Shown: positions 11,775 to 25,374, counted from the first letter of the whole stretch. The stretch is 63,436 bases of DNA, filler included, from Octopus bimaculoides (GCF_001194135.2; 9 parts of 9 records of this genome joined end to end with filler, not necessarily neighbours in it), one strand, 5' to 3'. Notes: a model not told the origin generated them from the letters alone. Numbers and translations: made by a program.

Positions 11775-12649
11775 TGACTGAAAACCACCACTTAGCTGTT
11801 ATTTCTACATTTTCTATCTCTGAATTTTTTTGCATAGATTACTTCATCTAGATTCTACATTTTGATTCTATGTATCATCAATGACTAGTAAAGAAGATAT
11901 ACTTTTATGTATTAAATATATAGGTCTTGAATTTATTCATTATCTCTTTATAACATACACACAGCCACATCAACACCTTGTACTGACTATATGTTCTCAC
12001 TACAGTTGTTTAAAATACTTTTATCATTGGATGAAGTATTGCTTTTTTCTTTTCCTTTTATGCAAATTGTCAAATTTTGCTATATCATCCCGTAAATGTA
12101 GATCGGAAATAAATATCTATCAAGTTAATGGTAGCAGCAACACTAGCCCTATTTCTTTTTAGAATTCAACTGAGAGAAGAATTCATCAGAAGATAAATCA
12201 CCAAGATCTGTTGAGATCGAGCCGGAAACCAGGCAGTTTTGTTGGAAAGTCAACCTCTTTAACCACACAACTATGCCCGTACATAAAATGATACTTAACT
12301 CGATGACAGTGGTCAGAAAAGAAACGAAACGAACTTGCAGTGTTTACCTTATACAAAATAAAACGTTTATCGTATTACACCAGGCGATTGCTATTGTAAA
12401 CAAAAAGATCAATTTCCTCCAGTTGAAGCAAACTAAAATATTTGATGAACAGAAAAGTCCCGTTGTCTAAGCCAAGCAACTAAGCAAATAAGCTGACATT
12501 AAAGGTCATGTAATTTTTGCGCTTACATTCTAGAACAATCTCGATTTTATGTCAATCGAAGTTCGTGAAATTATGATTGGATAATCTATACGAAACTATG
12601 GTATGGAATTTAATACACTAGTTAACTGCTCTCTTTCTCTCTGTACAAA

Positions 12650-12651
12650 CA

Positions 12652-12691
<40 letters not shown>

Positions 12692-13261
12692 AGCGTTTCT
12701 TCATAATATATCATATATAGCCTCTCTCTTGCTCTCCCGTTCTTTCTCACACACTTATACATGTTTGTACATAGATAGGAAACTATAGTGAAATAGTACT
12801 GTGCAAATATAAATGCTTTCACATCTCCCTATCAGCCTGACCGTGTCTGTCATTTCATATATATGTGTGTGTGTGTGTGTGTGTGGATGTGTGGATGTGT
12901 GGATATATGTGTGTGCGTGTGTGTGTATATATATATATATGTATATATATATGTGTATATATATGTGTATATATATATATGTATATATATATATGTATAT
13001 ATATGTGTATATATATATATGTATATATATATATGTATATATATATATGCGTATATATGTGTGTATATATATGTGTATATATATGTGCATATATATATAT
13101 ACATATATATAGATATCTGCATGTGTGTGTGCATATGTGTATATCTAATGTGTGTATATATATGTGTGTGTGTACACATATGTATGCACATATATGTGCA
13201 TATGTGTGTGTATATAAAAAAAATGTCTATGCGTACATAAAATAAAAATATGCGTAAACAT

Positions 13262-13303
<42 letters not shown>

Positions 13304-13400
13304 GCATGTAGATGTGTGTCTGAGTGTGTGTGTGTGTAAATATATGGGTATATGTTTATAGTTATACGTATAGGTGTGTGCGTGTATACACATGTGCGCG
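12650..13400. repeat. Compound (CA)n/(TA)n/(TG)n microsatellite region
   Basis: Directly visible. It is the source of many spurious YI/CV ORFs. Confidence 0.9.
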
Positions 13401-13539
13401 TATGTATGTGTGTCTAATTTCTTCTGGGCTAATTAAGTTGATCTAACTTTAACTTCGTTTCAACTTTCTCCCAACTTCTTACAAGATTTCACGCCTTACT
13501 CATCGCCAAGTATTCTTATGACTCGTCCGTCTTCAGCAT

Positions 13540-13847
13540 CTTGTTACTATTGCTTGTATTGGTGGTGGTGGTGGTGGTGATGGTGGTAGTCGTGTCACTT
13601 TCGGTGGTGGTTGTGGTGGTAGTCCTGGTGGTATCGTCTGCTGTTGGTGGTGGTGTCGTTGTTGCAGAGCTAGTTTCGTTTTGTCATTGTTGTTGTTATT
13701 CTACTACCACCACAACTACTACTACTACCACAACTACTACTACTATCGCCACAACTACTACTACTCTCACTTCCACTTATTCTTAGTGTAAGCATTAACA
13801 ATATCATGATTGTTGCAGTTGTTATGCTCATTAATATTATTGTCATT

Positions 13848-13879
<32 letters not shown>

Positions 13880-13925
13880 GGGTGTTGTTAGTAGTAGTAG
13901 TAATAGTAGTAGTAATAGTAGTAGT
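13540..13925. repeat. Compound trinucleotide repeats (GGT/ACT/ATT/AGT)
   Basis: Directly visible. Confidence 0.9.
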
Positions 13926-14221
13926 TTTGTCACGGAATCCATGTACACATCATGCTTCTTCTAAAAAAGACAATTTCCGTCATTTAATTGTCTTAGTATC
14001 ATATTATTATTATTATTATTATTATCTTTCTTTCTTTTTTTTTTGCTGAATTTATTGCTTCTTTTGTTAATGTCGCTGCCACGTCTTCTCGATGCTCGCT
14101 CTTTGTGTTCATCATCATCATCATCATCAAAAGTGCCTTCTTTGCTCAGAGCACTAAGCTAGTAATACGCGCACTCATTCACACACACACACACTTCTTA
14201 CATACACGTGCACACTTCTAG

Positions 14222-14262
<41 letters not shown>

Positions 14263-15675
14263 CACGCTCGCGCCTCTATGTATAAAAGTATATATGTACA
14301 CACACAATCACATCTCTATCTAAATATATATATACTCTCTCTCTCTCTCTCTCTCTATATATNNNNNNNNNNNNNNNNNNNNNNNNNNNNNNNNNNNNNN
14401 NNNNNNNNNNNNNNNNNNNNNNNNNNNNNNNNNNNNNNNNNNNNNNNNNNNNNNNNNNNNNNNNNNNNNNNNNNNNNNNNNNNNNNNNNNNNNNNNNNNN
14501 NNNNNNNNNNNNNNNNNNNNNNNNNNNNNNNNNNNNNNNNNNNNNNNNNNNNNNNNNNNNNNNNNNNNNNNNNNNNNNNNNNNNNNNNNNNNNNNNNNNN
14601 NNNNNNNNNNNNNNNNNNNNNNNNNNNNNNNNNNNNNNNNNNNNNNNNNNNNNNNNNNNNNNNNNNNNNNNNNNNNNNNNNNNNNNNNNNNNNNNNNNNN
14701 NNNNNNNNNNNNNNNNNNNNNNNNNNNNNNNNNNNNNNNNNNNNNNNNNNNNNNNNNNNNNNNNNNNNNNNNNNNNNNNNNNNNNNNNNNNNNNNNNNNN
14801 NNNNNNNNNNNNNNNNNNNTGTGAGGAAACTGAAATTACAATTACAGTGATAGACTATTTTGGTCTCAATATAGCGTTGAAACTTTTCAGTCTGTATGCG
14901 GACACCAGCCATCATTCTCTCTCTCTAAAACCTATGTATTCCGGATTTCAGCTACTCCATTCCTTAACTCTTGTATTCTTATTCGCATACCCGACAACCC
15001 TGGCTGCCTACCTGAAATATGAAAAAAAAAAAAAAAAAAAAATCCTAGCATCTTGCAAGACTAATACTTGAAAATGTGTTTCCATGAAGCAAGCTGGTAG
15101 AGTTAAACGGAATGAAACAAATAAAAACAAAAACGGATGAGTATTAAAATAGCCGAATATAAGGAAGGTGCCTTAAACTTTGAGATTAAAAATGGCAGTT
15201 CCTTGTCTCTATGATTTTAGCATCTCAAGAATCGTGTTTTCTAATTCCGAAAATATGAGTTTTATAAATTTTTTTTTTATTAGGTCAAAGAATATTCTTT
15301 GACTTCTTTGTTAATATTTAAAAAAACTATATTTTTGCTAGTTTTGTTTGTTTCTTAGCTATCTATGGAGGGATTAGTAGTTTCGTAGCGGGGTGTGTTT
15401 TGTGGGGTAAGAAATCAGGTAAAGATGGCAGGGGGAATAGTTATGGAAGCTGGCAGCAAAATGGTGCTGTTTGTTGTTGGCAGTTAGGTTACGAAGAATT
15501 GAGGGTGGTCGGGATGGGGTGGTTTAGGAAAATGATGCAGCTGTCTTGATAAGAACGGATTAATGTTCCACTATAAGAATAAATGTATGTGTGTTTATGT
15601 GTATGTGTGCGTCCGTGAGTTTGCATGCAATCGTATGTTTATATCAATGTATATCTGTATATATACATACATACG

Positions 15676-15753
<78 letters not shown>

Positions 15754-16504
15754 NNNNNNNNNNNNNNNNNNNNNNNNNNNNNNNNNNNNNNNNNNNNNNN
15801 NNNNNNNNNNNNNNNNNNNNNNNNNNNNNNNNNNNNNNNNNNNNNNNNNNNNNNNNNNNNNNNNNNNNNNNNNNNNNNNNNNNNNNNNNNNNNNNNNNNN
15901 NNNNNNNNNNNNNNNNNNNNNNNNNNNNNNNNNNNNNNNNNNNNNNNNNNNNNNNNNNNNNNNNNNNNNNNNNNNNNNNNNNNNNNNNNNNNNNNNNNNN
16001 NNNNNNNNNNNNNNNNNNNNNNNNNNNNNNNNNNNNNNNNNNNNNNNNNNNNNNNNNNNNNNNNNNNNNNNNNNNNNNNNNNNNNNNNNNNNNNNNNNNN
16101 NNNNNNNNNNNNNNNNNNNNNNNNNNNNNNNNNNNNNNNNNNNNNNNNNNNNNNNNNNNNNNNNNNNNNNNNNNNNNNNNNNNNNNNNNNNNNNNNNNNN
16201 NNNNNNNNNNNNNNNNNNNNNNNNNNNNNNNNNNNNNNNNNNNNNNNNNNNNNNNNNNNNNNNNNNNNNNNNNNNNNNNNNNNNNNNNNNNNNNNNNNNN
16301 NNNNNNNNNNNNNNNNNNNNNNNNNNNNNNNNNNNNNNNNNNNNNNNNNNNNNNNNNNNNNNNNNNNNNNNNNNNNNNNNNNNNNNNNNNNNNNNNNNNN
16401 NNNNNNNNNNNNNNNNNNNNNNNNNNNNNNNNNNNNNNNNNNNNNNNNNNNNNNNNNNNNNNNNNNNNNNNNNNNATATACATACATATATACATATAAA
16501 AATT

Positions 16505-16660
16505 ATATGTGTTTTTCTCCTTGTCTCCGTATTCTTTCTGTTGAAGAGCGTAGCTCGAAACGTCAAAGACTTTCCGTAATCCCGAGCGTCATACTAATAT
16601 ATACTTTTGTTATTTACACCACCTGTCCTCGTCTGTTGTTATTTTTTGTATATTCTCCCA
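16505..16660 (+). mobile_element. Short hammerhead-bearing interspersed repeat
   Basis: Its 3' 80 bp (16581-16660) are identical to 43368-43447. Confidence 0.75.
16533..16569 (+). ncRNA. Minimal type-I hammerhead-like motif, variant core (CUGUUGA)
   Basis: TCTTT-CTGTTGA-A-GAGC-GTA-GCTC-GAAA-CGTC-AAAGA gives a 5 bp stem I, a 4 bp stem II, a palindromic ACGU stem III and a GUC site. A6 is replaced by U. Confidence 0.6.
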
Positions 16661-17094
16661 AATATATATATATATATATATACACACATCTATACATATA
16701 TATAGATAGATGTGTACATATATATATGCATCTATACATATTCATAGATATTTACACGGAGAAATCTTGATCACCAACAATTGACTAACATCGATTATTA
16801 TTTTTAAGACAAAACTTTATCCCATCTAACGGACGTTTCTGCTTCCAATGTCCTACGGTGTTGCCATTGAAAATATTCGTCATATTTTGCAACACATCCG
16901 ATCTGGAACATGGACCTTCATCAGAGTGAAGAAAAATATATAAAAGAAAAGAGGAAGAGCCTCGAGAAGATGAATGAAGTCTTAATATGTATGCATATTA
17001 AGGATACGTATTTCTAAAGGGTACGCATAAGGATACGTATTTGTAAATATCAATCTATCTGAAATATTTGTATATGTGTATGTACTGGTAGATT

Positions 17095-17165
<71 letters not shown>

Positions 17166-17802
17166 NNNNNNNNNNNNNNNNNNNNNNNNNNNNNNNNNNN
17201 NNNNNNNNNNNNNNNNNNNNNNNNNNNNNNNNNNNNNNNNNNNNNNNNNNNNNNNNNNNNNNNNNNNNNNNNNNNNNNNNNNNNNNNNNNNNNNNNNNNN
17301 NNNNNNNNNNNNNNNNNNNNNNNNNNNNNNNNNNNNNNNNNNNNNNNNNNNNNNNNNNNNNNNNNNNNNNNNNNNNNNNNNNNNNNNNNNNNNNNNNNNN
17401 NNNNNNNNNNNNNNNNNNNNNNNNNNNNNNNNNNNNNNNNNNNNNNNNNNNNNNNNNNNNNNNNNNNNNNNNNNNNNNNNNNNNNNNNNNNNNNNNNNNN
17501 NNNNNNNNNNNNNNNNNNNNNNNNNNNNNNNNNNNNNNNNNNNNNNNNNNNNNNNNNNNNNNNNNNNNNNNNNNNNNNNNNNNNNNNNNNNNNNNNNNNN
17601 NNNNNNNNNNNNNNNNNNNNNNNNNNNNNNNNNNNNNNNNNNNNNNNNNNNNNNNNNNNNNNNNNNNNNNNNNNNNNNNNNNNNNNNNNNNNNNNNNNNN
17701 NNNNNNNNNNNNNNNNNNNNNNNNNNNNNNNNNNNNNNNNNNNNNNNNNNNNNNNNNNNNNNNNNNNNNNNNAAAGATTATTATTATTATTGTTATTATT
17801 TT

Positions 17803-18000
17803 AAGGCGGCGAGCTGGTAGAAACGTTAGGACGCCGGACGAAATGTCTTTACATTCAGAGTTCAAATTGCGGTGAGGTCGACTTTGCCTTTCATCCTTTC
17901 GAGGTCGATAAATTGTGTACAAGTGAAACACTGAGGTCGATGTAATCGACTACTCCCCTCCCCACAAAACTTCAGGCCTTGTGCTTTTAATAGAAAGGAT
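17803..18000 (+). mobile_element. SINE family B, near full length
   Basis: Head 'aaggcggcgagctggtagaaacgttagg', then B-box-like 'gagttcaaatt', then the core 'gtcgactttgcctttcatcctttcgaggtcgataaa'. Confidence 0.8.
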
Positions 18001-20139
18001 TGTTGTTGTTATTGCTGTGATGGAAAGTGCGTTACAAGGTTTTGGTTAAGTAAGTCAGTAGATCTGGAGATGTTGAATTGAAATCTGCAAATTTCGTTTC
18101 GGTAATTCTTGTGCGAGTTGGTACCACTGAGAATTCTTTGAGGCAGGAGTGGTGTTGGTAGTGGTGGTGGTGTTGGTGGGACGCTCTGTGAATGCTTATT
18201 TGTTTGTTTGTGTGCGTGTTTGTGCGCGCGCGCCTGTATTTAGGTGTGTGTGTGTGTGTGTGTGTTTGGTTAGATATTTTGTAAATGTCATTCCCTGCTT
18301 TTTTTTTTTAAAGAAATAAACAAAATGCAAATAACAACTTTGTGATGCTGATGATAATGACGTATGTGATATTGTTGATGATGATGATGATGATGATGGT
18401 GATGATGGTTGTGGCGATGGTAGTGATTATGATGATGATGTGTGGTCGTGTTGAGAAGATAATTCTTAGGTGGTCTACGGAGACTCTAAGAATCGGTTTA
18501 ACATGTGGACATGTTGTTTAAATTTCTGTTACGCATACGCTGTTCTCCATGGTGTTGTTACCGTCATCGCTGCTGTTGTTGTTGTTATTATTGATGTTGC
18601 TGTGGTTGTTGATGATGTTGTTCTCTCTGTTTAATCTCTACCTCCCTCCATAAAACACATCCACATCTCCAGGTTCTGGACCATCGCAGTTTGCAGCATC
18701 GCTTTGCTTGTACCCCAGGAATTAAATAAAGACAATGTTTTTCAAAAAAACTTTTTTTGTACAAGTCAACTTAACACACGCGTCAGTTTGATAGTGTTTC
18801 CACTTCTTGCTGTTGTGGTGGAATTCTAACCAACCCTTTCTTTGCTCCTCTCCCTCTGCCGTAAGCTCAATAAACTGGTCGAAGGACATAAGAAAGTACA
18901 TCTCTCCTCGTTTGTCACTGATCCAACCATCACTAATTCGGGATAACAGGGTACGCTCAATTGTTACGTGCTACGTTCATCTCAAATTGGTCGGTGAAAA
19001 CACTGGTCGGCGAAACGAAACCTATTTTCCCCATTAAATTATATCATCATCACCATGATCATTAATATAAGCATCAACATCAACATCATTTTTAGTTCAA
19101 TCATAAAACAAGAATCGCAAACCGTGTATTTTCTGCGTGATAGCTGTCTGTTCACAAAATGACAGACAAAAACAAGAAAACTGCGGCAAAGCTGCATGAT
19201 AGTGGTGTCAGACGTGGCATGCAGTCTGTCATATAACTTGTTTTAGTTTTCTCATCCCGGTTCCTACTCAAAACTGTTGACAGATCACAACCGACTCACG
19301 AACCTGCGTTGGTTGTAAAATAATACAAGCAGAGAATGATATAAATCATCAAAACTTTTGCCTGTGATTACAGTGGTGAAAGTGTTACAGTCACGCAGAG
19401 TCCTGTGCCCTTGTTATAATGAAACCAGGCCAGATTATAGCTTCTTCTTGTTACTATGGAAATAAATACCAATGTGAGATTTACGATTGTGTGTATAATG
19501 GTGGCTTTCGATTAACTAAAATTACCCAAAATTCGCAAAAGCTGTTAACCTTTTGTTTATTAATTTATGGCATAAATGAATTTCATTCTCGTTATTAGCA
19601 AACAAAACTAAATTGGTTTAACCAAATTTGAAGACAAATGGAACAAAATTGAAAAAAAGAAAAAAAGAATCGACAGTAACCGAAAAGACACTCCAATATC
19701 ACTGCCCCCCCCCCACCAAAAATTCTACAACCACCAATACGACCACGGCCATCGCTAACATGACCATCACGACCAATAACCTCTATTTATATCAATACAC
19801 CACTATTCTCACCGCTAACACCATCACCACAAATACAACCACCATCGCCACTGTCACAATCNNNNNNNNNNNNNNNNNNNNNNNNNNNNNNNNNNNNNNN
19901 NNNNNNNNNNNNNNNNNNNNNNNNNNNNNNNNNNNNNNNNNNNNNNNNNNNNNNNNNNNNNNNNNNNNNNNNNNNNNNNNNNNNNNNNNNNNNNNNNNNN
20001 NNNNNNNNNNNAGACTGTTTTAGAACCGAGTGACATGTTTTAAACCTTATTGCATCATTGCATTAATTGTTATTGCAGCATTTCTCCTCCCTTTCCCTCC
20101 CCCCGCTCCCTCTACAACCACTCACCATGTCTGCGTTTA

Positions 20140-20450
20140 AATCTGTCTGTCTATCTGTCTGTCTGTCACCGTGTCTCTCTGTCTGTGTCTCTGTCACTAT
20201 GTCTGTCTGTCTGCCCGCCTGCCTGTCCGTTTGTCTCTCTATCACTCTGTATGTACGCATATCTAATTGTCTATAGCCGCTTTCGTCAACTAGTCTGGTT
20301 TTTCAACCCGTGTGTGTCCCATCTGTCTGCCTGCCTGCATGCCTGCCTGCCTGCCTTGTCTGTCTGTCTGTCTCTCACCCTGCCTATTTGAATCGCAACC
20401 TGTCTATCTGTCTTACGTGTGTGATTGTTAGTCTCCCTCCCGGTCTGTCT
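20140..20450. repeat. Degenerate (CTGT/CCTG)n tetranucleotide tract
   Basis: Directly visible. Confidence 0.85.
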
Positions 20451-20669
20451 GACGATGATACAAATTCGATACTCAGCCGAGTATCGGACAGGGATACTCC
20501 GTGAGATTTAGTCACGTGACGCTACAATGTGCACCATTATCACTATGCTGTGACCTCCGGTGTCGCGACCTGATGTTCACCGCTTTCGCGAGCCTCGTCT
20601 CTTTACATCATCGTGAGTTCATAATCTTTACTACTATAGTGACGAAATAATCTCTCCCACGATCTGTCG

Positions 20670-20940
20670 GATCTCCTTTGCCGAACCGCTATGTTACGGG
20701 GACGTAAACACACCAACACGGGTTATCAAGCTGTGATCACCCTCCCACCACACACACACACATATATATATATATATACGACAGGCTTCTTTCAGTTTCT
20801 GTCTACCAAATCCATTCACAAGGCTGTGGTCGGCCCGAGGCTATAATAGAAGACACTTGCCCAAAGTGCCACGCCGTGGGACTGAACTCGGAACCATGTG
20901 GTTGGGAAGCAAGCTTCTTACCACACAGCCATGCATGCGC
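20670..20940 (-). mobile_element. SINE family A copy with intact tRNA-like head
   Basis: The minus head reads 'gcatggctgtgtggtaagaagcttgcttcccaaccacatggttccgagttcagtccc', containing A-box-like and B-box-like motifs. Confidence 0.85.
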
Positions 20941-20999
20941 CAAACTACGTTGGTCTTACGTGATCTATCAACTGAATATCCGACTTGTTATATTATCGC

Positions 21000-21330
21000 G
21001 TAACTGGTTCTCCGTCGGTTGCGACGACAGGTATTTCAGTTAATCCTATCAACGGAAACAGCCTGCTCATGAAATTAGCGTGCAAGTGGCTGAGCACTCC
21101 ACAGACATGTGTACCCTTAATATAGTTCTTAGGGAGATTCAGCGCGACACAATGTAACAAGGCTGGCCCCTTTGAATTACAGGTGCAACACATTTTTGCC
21201 AGTAAAGTGGACTGGAGCAATGTGAAATAAAATATCCTGCTCAACGAAACAACGCGTCACCAGGAATCGAACCTACGACCTTACGATCGAGGGCCAAATA
21301 CTCTAACACCTAAGCTACGCGTCTTCGAGT
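21000..21330 (-). mobile_element. tRNA-derived SINE family C
   Basis: It has a tRNA-like head (minus 'gtagcttagg...tcgtaaggtcgtaggttcgattcc'). The body is shared with 26630-26840 and about 30880-30920. Confidence 0.75.
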
Positions 21331-21590
21331 AAGTGGCTGAGTATTCGAATGACATAATTTCTGATTATGACAGACCTGACGGGCTTCCGCACATCTCCAT
21401 CGACTCAGTTTCTCCTACTGGTTTTTGAAGACTCAATACTATAATACAGACACTTGCGCAATATGCCGGGTAGTGGGATTGAACCAGCGGCCTCATGATC
21501 ACGAAGACAGCGTCTTTAACGTTTCAGTTATGCCTACCTCCACGCAGAAAATCTTTTGATGGCTTTTAAGAACGTGGGAAGATTTTCATC

Positions 21591-21625
<35 letters not shown>

Positions 21626-21686
21626 TTATACGCATGTTCGCATGCACATACACTCACGCTCTCAAGCACATATACAGACAGTTTTT

Positions 21687-21858
21687 GGAAAAGTGAATCT
21701 CGAAGTAGTTAGAGCTATCGATAATAGAGTGTAAATATTGGGTTAAAAAATTCTTTGGATGGAAAAAGTCGAAGGCTGCCATGAGACTCGAAAAATTTTT
21801 AACCCAATATCTTCACGCTGTTATTAAGATCTTTAAACGCTTCGAGATTCACTGTTCC
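21687..21858. mobile_element. Imperfect fold-back/MITE-like element
   Basis: AGTGAATCTCGAAG (21692-21705) pairs with CTTCGAGATTCACT (21840-21853). Inner 'atattgggttaaaaaatt' pairs with 'aatttttaacccaatat'. Confidence 0.7.
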
Positions 21859-22728
21859 TGAAAGTATTTCACGGNNNNNNNNNNNNNNNNNNNNNNNNNN
21901 NNNNNNNNNNNNNNNNNNNNNNNNNNNNNNNNNNNNNNNNNNNNNNNNNNNNNNNNNNNNNNNNNNNNNNNNNNNNNNNNNNNNNNNNNNNNNNNNNNNN
22001 NNNNNNNNNNNNNNNNNNNNNNNNNNNNNNNNNNNNNNNNNNNNNNNNNNNNNNNNNNNNNNNNNNNNNNNNNNNNNNNNNNNNNNNNNNNNNNNNNNNN
22101 NNNNNNNNNNNNNNNNNNNNNNNNNNNNNNNNNNNNNNNNNNNNNNNNNNNNNNNNNNNNNNNNNNNNNNNNNNNNNNNNNNNNNNNNNNNNNNNNNNNN
22201 NNNNNNNNNNNNNNNNNNNNNNNNNNNNNNNNNNNNNNNNNNNNNNNNNNNNNNNNNNNNNNNNNNNNNNNNNNNNNNNNNNNNNNNNNNNNNNNNNNNN
22301 NNNNNNNNNNNNNNNNNNNNNNNNNNNNNNNNNNNNNNNNNNNNNNNNNNNNNNNNNNNNNNNNNNNNNNNNNNNNNNNNNNNNNNNNNNNNNNNNNNNN
22401 NNNNNNNNNNNNNNNNNNNNNNNNNNNNNNNNNNNNNNNNNNNNNNNNNNNNNNNNNNNNNNNNNNNNNNNNNNNNNNNNNNNNNNNNNNNNNNNNNNNN
22501 NNNNNNNNNNNNNNNNNNNNNNNNNNNNNNNNNNNNNNNNNNNNNNNNNNNNNNNNNNNNNNNNNNNNNNNNNNNNNNNNNNNNNNNNNNNNNNNNNNNN
22601 NNNNNNNNNNNNNNNNNNNNNNNNNNNNNNNNNNNNNNNNNNNNNNNNNNNNNNNNNNNNNNNNNNNNNNNNNNNNNNNNNNNNNNNNNNNNNNNNNNNN
22701 NNNNNNNNNNNNNNNNNNNNNNNNNNNN

Positions 22729-22778
<50 letters not shown>

Positions 22779-22790
22779 TAATAATAGATC

Positions 22791-22864
22791 GTTATTTGCA
22801 CGGTGAACAGCGAATAAACGTGCAAGTCATCGTTTTGATTCTCGCTGTTCACCGTGAAAATAAC
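22791..22864. ncRNA. Pre-miRNA-like hairpin
   Basis: There is a 15 bp perfect stem (22799-22813/22842-22856), a 7 bp outer stem, a 5 bp inner stem and a loop of about 10 nt, about 74 nt in total. It lies in non-repetitive sequence. Confidence 0.4.
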
Positions 22865-23201
22865 CACCGCTAATTTGTCGCCAGATAACAGCACGGACCA
22901 GCGAACAGTTTGTTAAACGACATCATAAACTAGGGCGTCGGCTCCAGTTAGGTTCGTTAGCGCGGGTGTTTCCGCCTGACGTGACACAAAATCTCGAAAC
23001 ACTGGTGTTCGTTGAATCCCTTGTCTCCATGAAACGAGTGTGTAATGGATAACATAGTCGTCGTGAAGGACAACGTGTTCTTCTGCGATGAACACAACGG
23101 CGATTAGCATATTTTCAATTACTTGCTTCAGTCAAAGGATTGCGGCCATGCTGAGACATCGCCTTGAAGGGTTTTAGTCGAACAAATGAAGCCCAGTAGA
23201 T

Positions 23202-23873
23202 GCTTATTTTTGGAGTCGAATTGTAACTGGGGATGGAAAATGGATCTATTTTCGTAATCCAATCAGATGAATCAGTGACTTCGTTCTGGCCTGGTTTCAG
23301 AACCTGTAATCAAACAAGGGCATTTTGAACAGAAGGTCATGTGAATTTTGTGGAATTTCTATAGGGTTGTTGTATTCTGAGCTTGTCCCAGATGATCATG
23401 TGAACGCTAACTTTTATACTCAACAACTGCAACGAGTATATGATGCTTTAAAAGCACGCTGGACAACACTGGTCAATCAAAGACCTAAAGCATTACAATG
23501 CCCCAGTACACAGGGTCAATCTGATCAAGCGCAAACTTGAGGAACGTGAAGGGCTGGAAGTTCTGCCTCACCTTTCCTAAAGCTCAGACCTTGAAGAATC
23601 AAATTACCACTTTTTCCGAACCGAAGCTCATTTCTTGCACGAATGGAAGTTCAACAATGTGAACGAGGTTGAAAGCGGGTGCAAGGAGTTTTCTTGCCTG
23701 TAAACCAGTCAAATACTGTAAGCATGGAATCGAACTTTTGGAACAACGATGGCATCAGGCAATAAAATATGATGGCATATATTTTGATGAAGAAACGATT
23801 TTCGTACGTAATTTATTTGATTTATTTATCAAGGTTTGGAATACGAAAGAAATTTTGATCCGGCATGGTATAT
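23202..23873 (+). pseudogene. Mariner (DD34D-type) transposase remnant with 3' end
   Basis: With stops and frameshifts it reads FWSRIVTGDGKWIYF...NANFYTQQLQRV...HYNAPVH...LEVLPH...DL...YHFF...GIELLEQRWHQAIKYDGIYF. Confidence 0.9.
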
Positions 23874-25316
23874 ACATATAAATTCACACAAACACACACA
23901 CACATGTGTGTGTNNNNNNNNNNNNNNNNNNNNNNNNNNNNNNNNNNNNNNNNNNNNNNNNNNNNNNNNNNNNNNNNNNNNNNNNNNNNNNNNNNNNNNN
24001 NNNNNNNNNNNNNNNNNNNNNNNNNNNNNNNNNNNNNNNNNNNNNNNNNNNNNNNNNNNNNNNNNNNNNNNNNNNNNNNNNNNNNNNNNNNNNNNNNNNN
24101 NNNNNNNNNNNNNNNNNNNNNNNNNNNNNNNNNNNNNNNNNNNNNNNNNNNNNNNNNNNNNNNNNNNNNNNNNNNNNNNNNNNNNNNNNNNNNNNNNNNN
24201 NNNNNNNNNNNNNNNNNNNNNNNNNNNNNNNNNNNNNNNNNNNNNNNNNNNNNNNNNNNNNNNNNNNNNNNNNNNNNNNNNNNNNNNNNNNNNNNNNNNN
24301 NNNNNNNNNNNNNNNNNNNNNNNNNNNNNNNNNNNNNNNNNNNNNNNNNNNNNNNNNNNNNNNNNNNNNNNNNNNNNNNNNNNNNNNNNNNNNNNNNNNN
24401 NNNNNNNNNNNNNNNNNNNNNNNNNNNNNNNNNNNNNNNNNNNNNNNNNNNNNNNNNNNNNNNNNNNNNNNNNNNNNNNNNNNNNNNNNNNNNNNNNNNN
24501 NNNNNNNNNNNNNNNNNNNNNNNNNNNNNNNNNNNNNNNNNNNNNNNNNNNNNNNNNNNNNNNNNNNNNATACATGTACACATGCATATGCACAAATGCA
24601 TAGATAGTGAAGAAAATATATACATACACTACATATATACATACACTATATGTACAATATATATAATATATATACACACACACACATATATATACACTCC
24701 TACACACATATATATATATACACTCATACACATATATATATATTTATATATATATATATACATACACTCACATACATACGTACATACTTAAATATATACA
24801 TATATACATTATATAATACATTTCATATATATATATATATATATATATGTGTGTATACAGGAAGCAAATCTGCTATGTAAATAACCAAGTTAATTCTCAC
24901 CGGTATTGAGTTTCCACATGAAGGGGGGAGGATGTCTCACACACGCTCTCCCCTTCCTCCACCCTTCTCTTGCAAATCTCTCTTTCTCTCCTCTCTCCCT
25001 CTCACACACTATATCTATTACCTCATCCCTTTCCCCTTATCCACTTCCTAACATTTCTCTCCTGCCACTAATCTTTTCTCCCCCCCTCTCTCTATATTTA
25101 TATATCTTATTTCTTATTTCGTTTGCCTCTCTCCGTTCCATTTCTTTTCATACCACCCTCTCAGTCTGTCTGTCTGTCTGTCTGTCTCTCATTCTCTCTC
25201 TCTCTCTCTCTTTCCCTCTCCTTCACTTCATATCTAGTGCTTTAATGGTGCGTAGATCTAAAATCGAGTGTGAATTATGCTTATATTTATTTATATATGC
25301 ATACGTATGTACAGAG

Positions 25317-25374
<58 letters not shown>

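Noticed and set aside
18671-18829. Frame reading FWTIAVCSIALLVP...C...SLIVFPLLAVVV, reminiscent of GPCR TM4-TM5
   Set aside because: It is bounded by stops, has no donor site and no other transmembrane segments nearby. It is likely a chance match.
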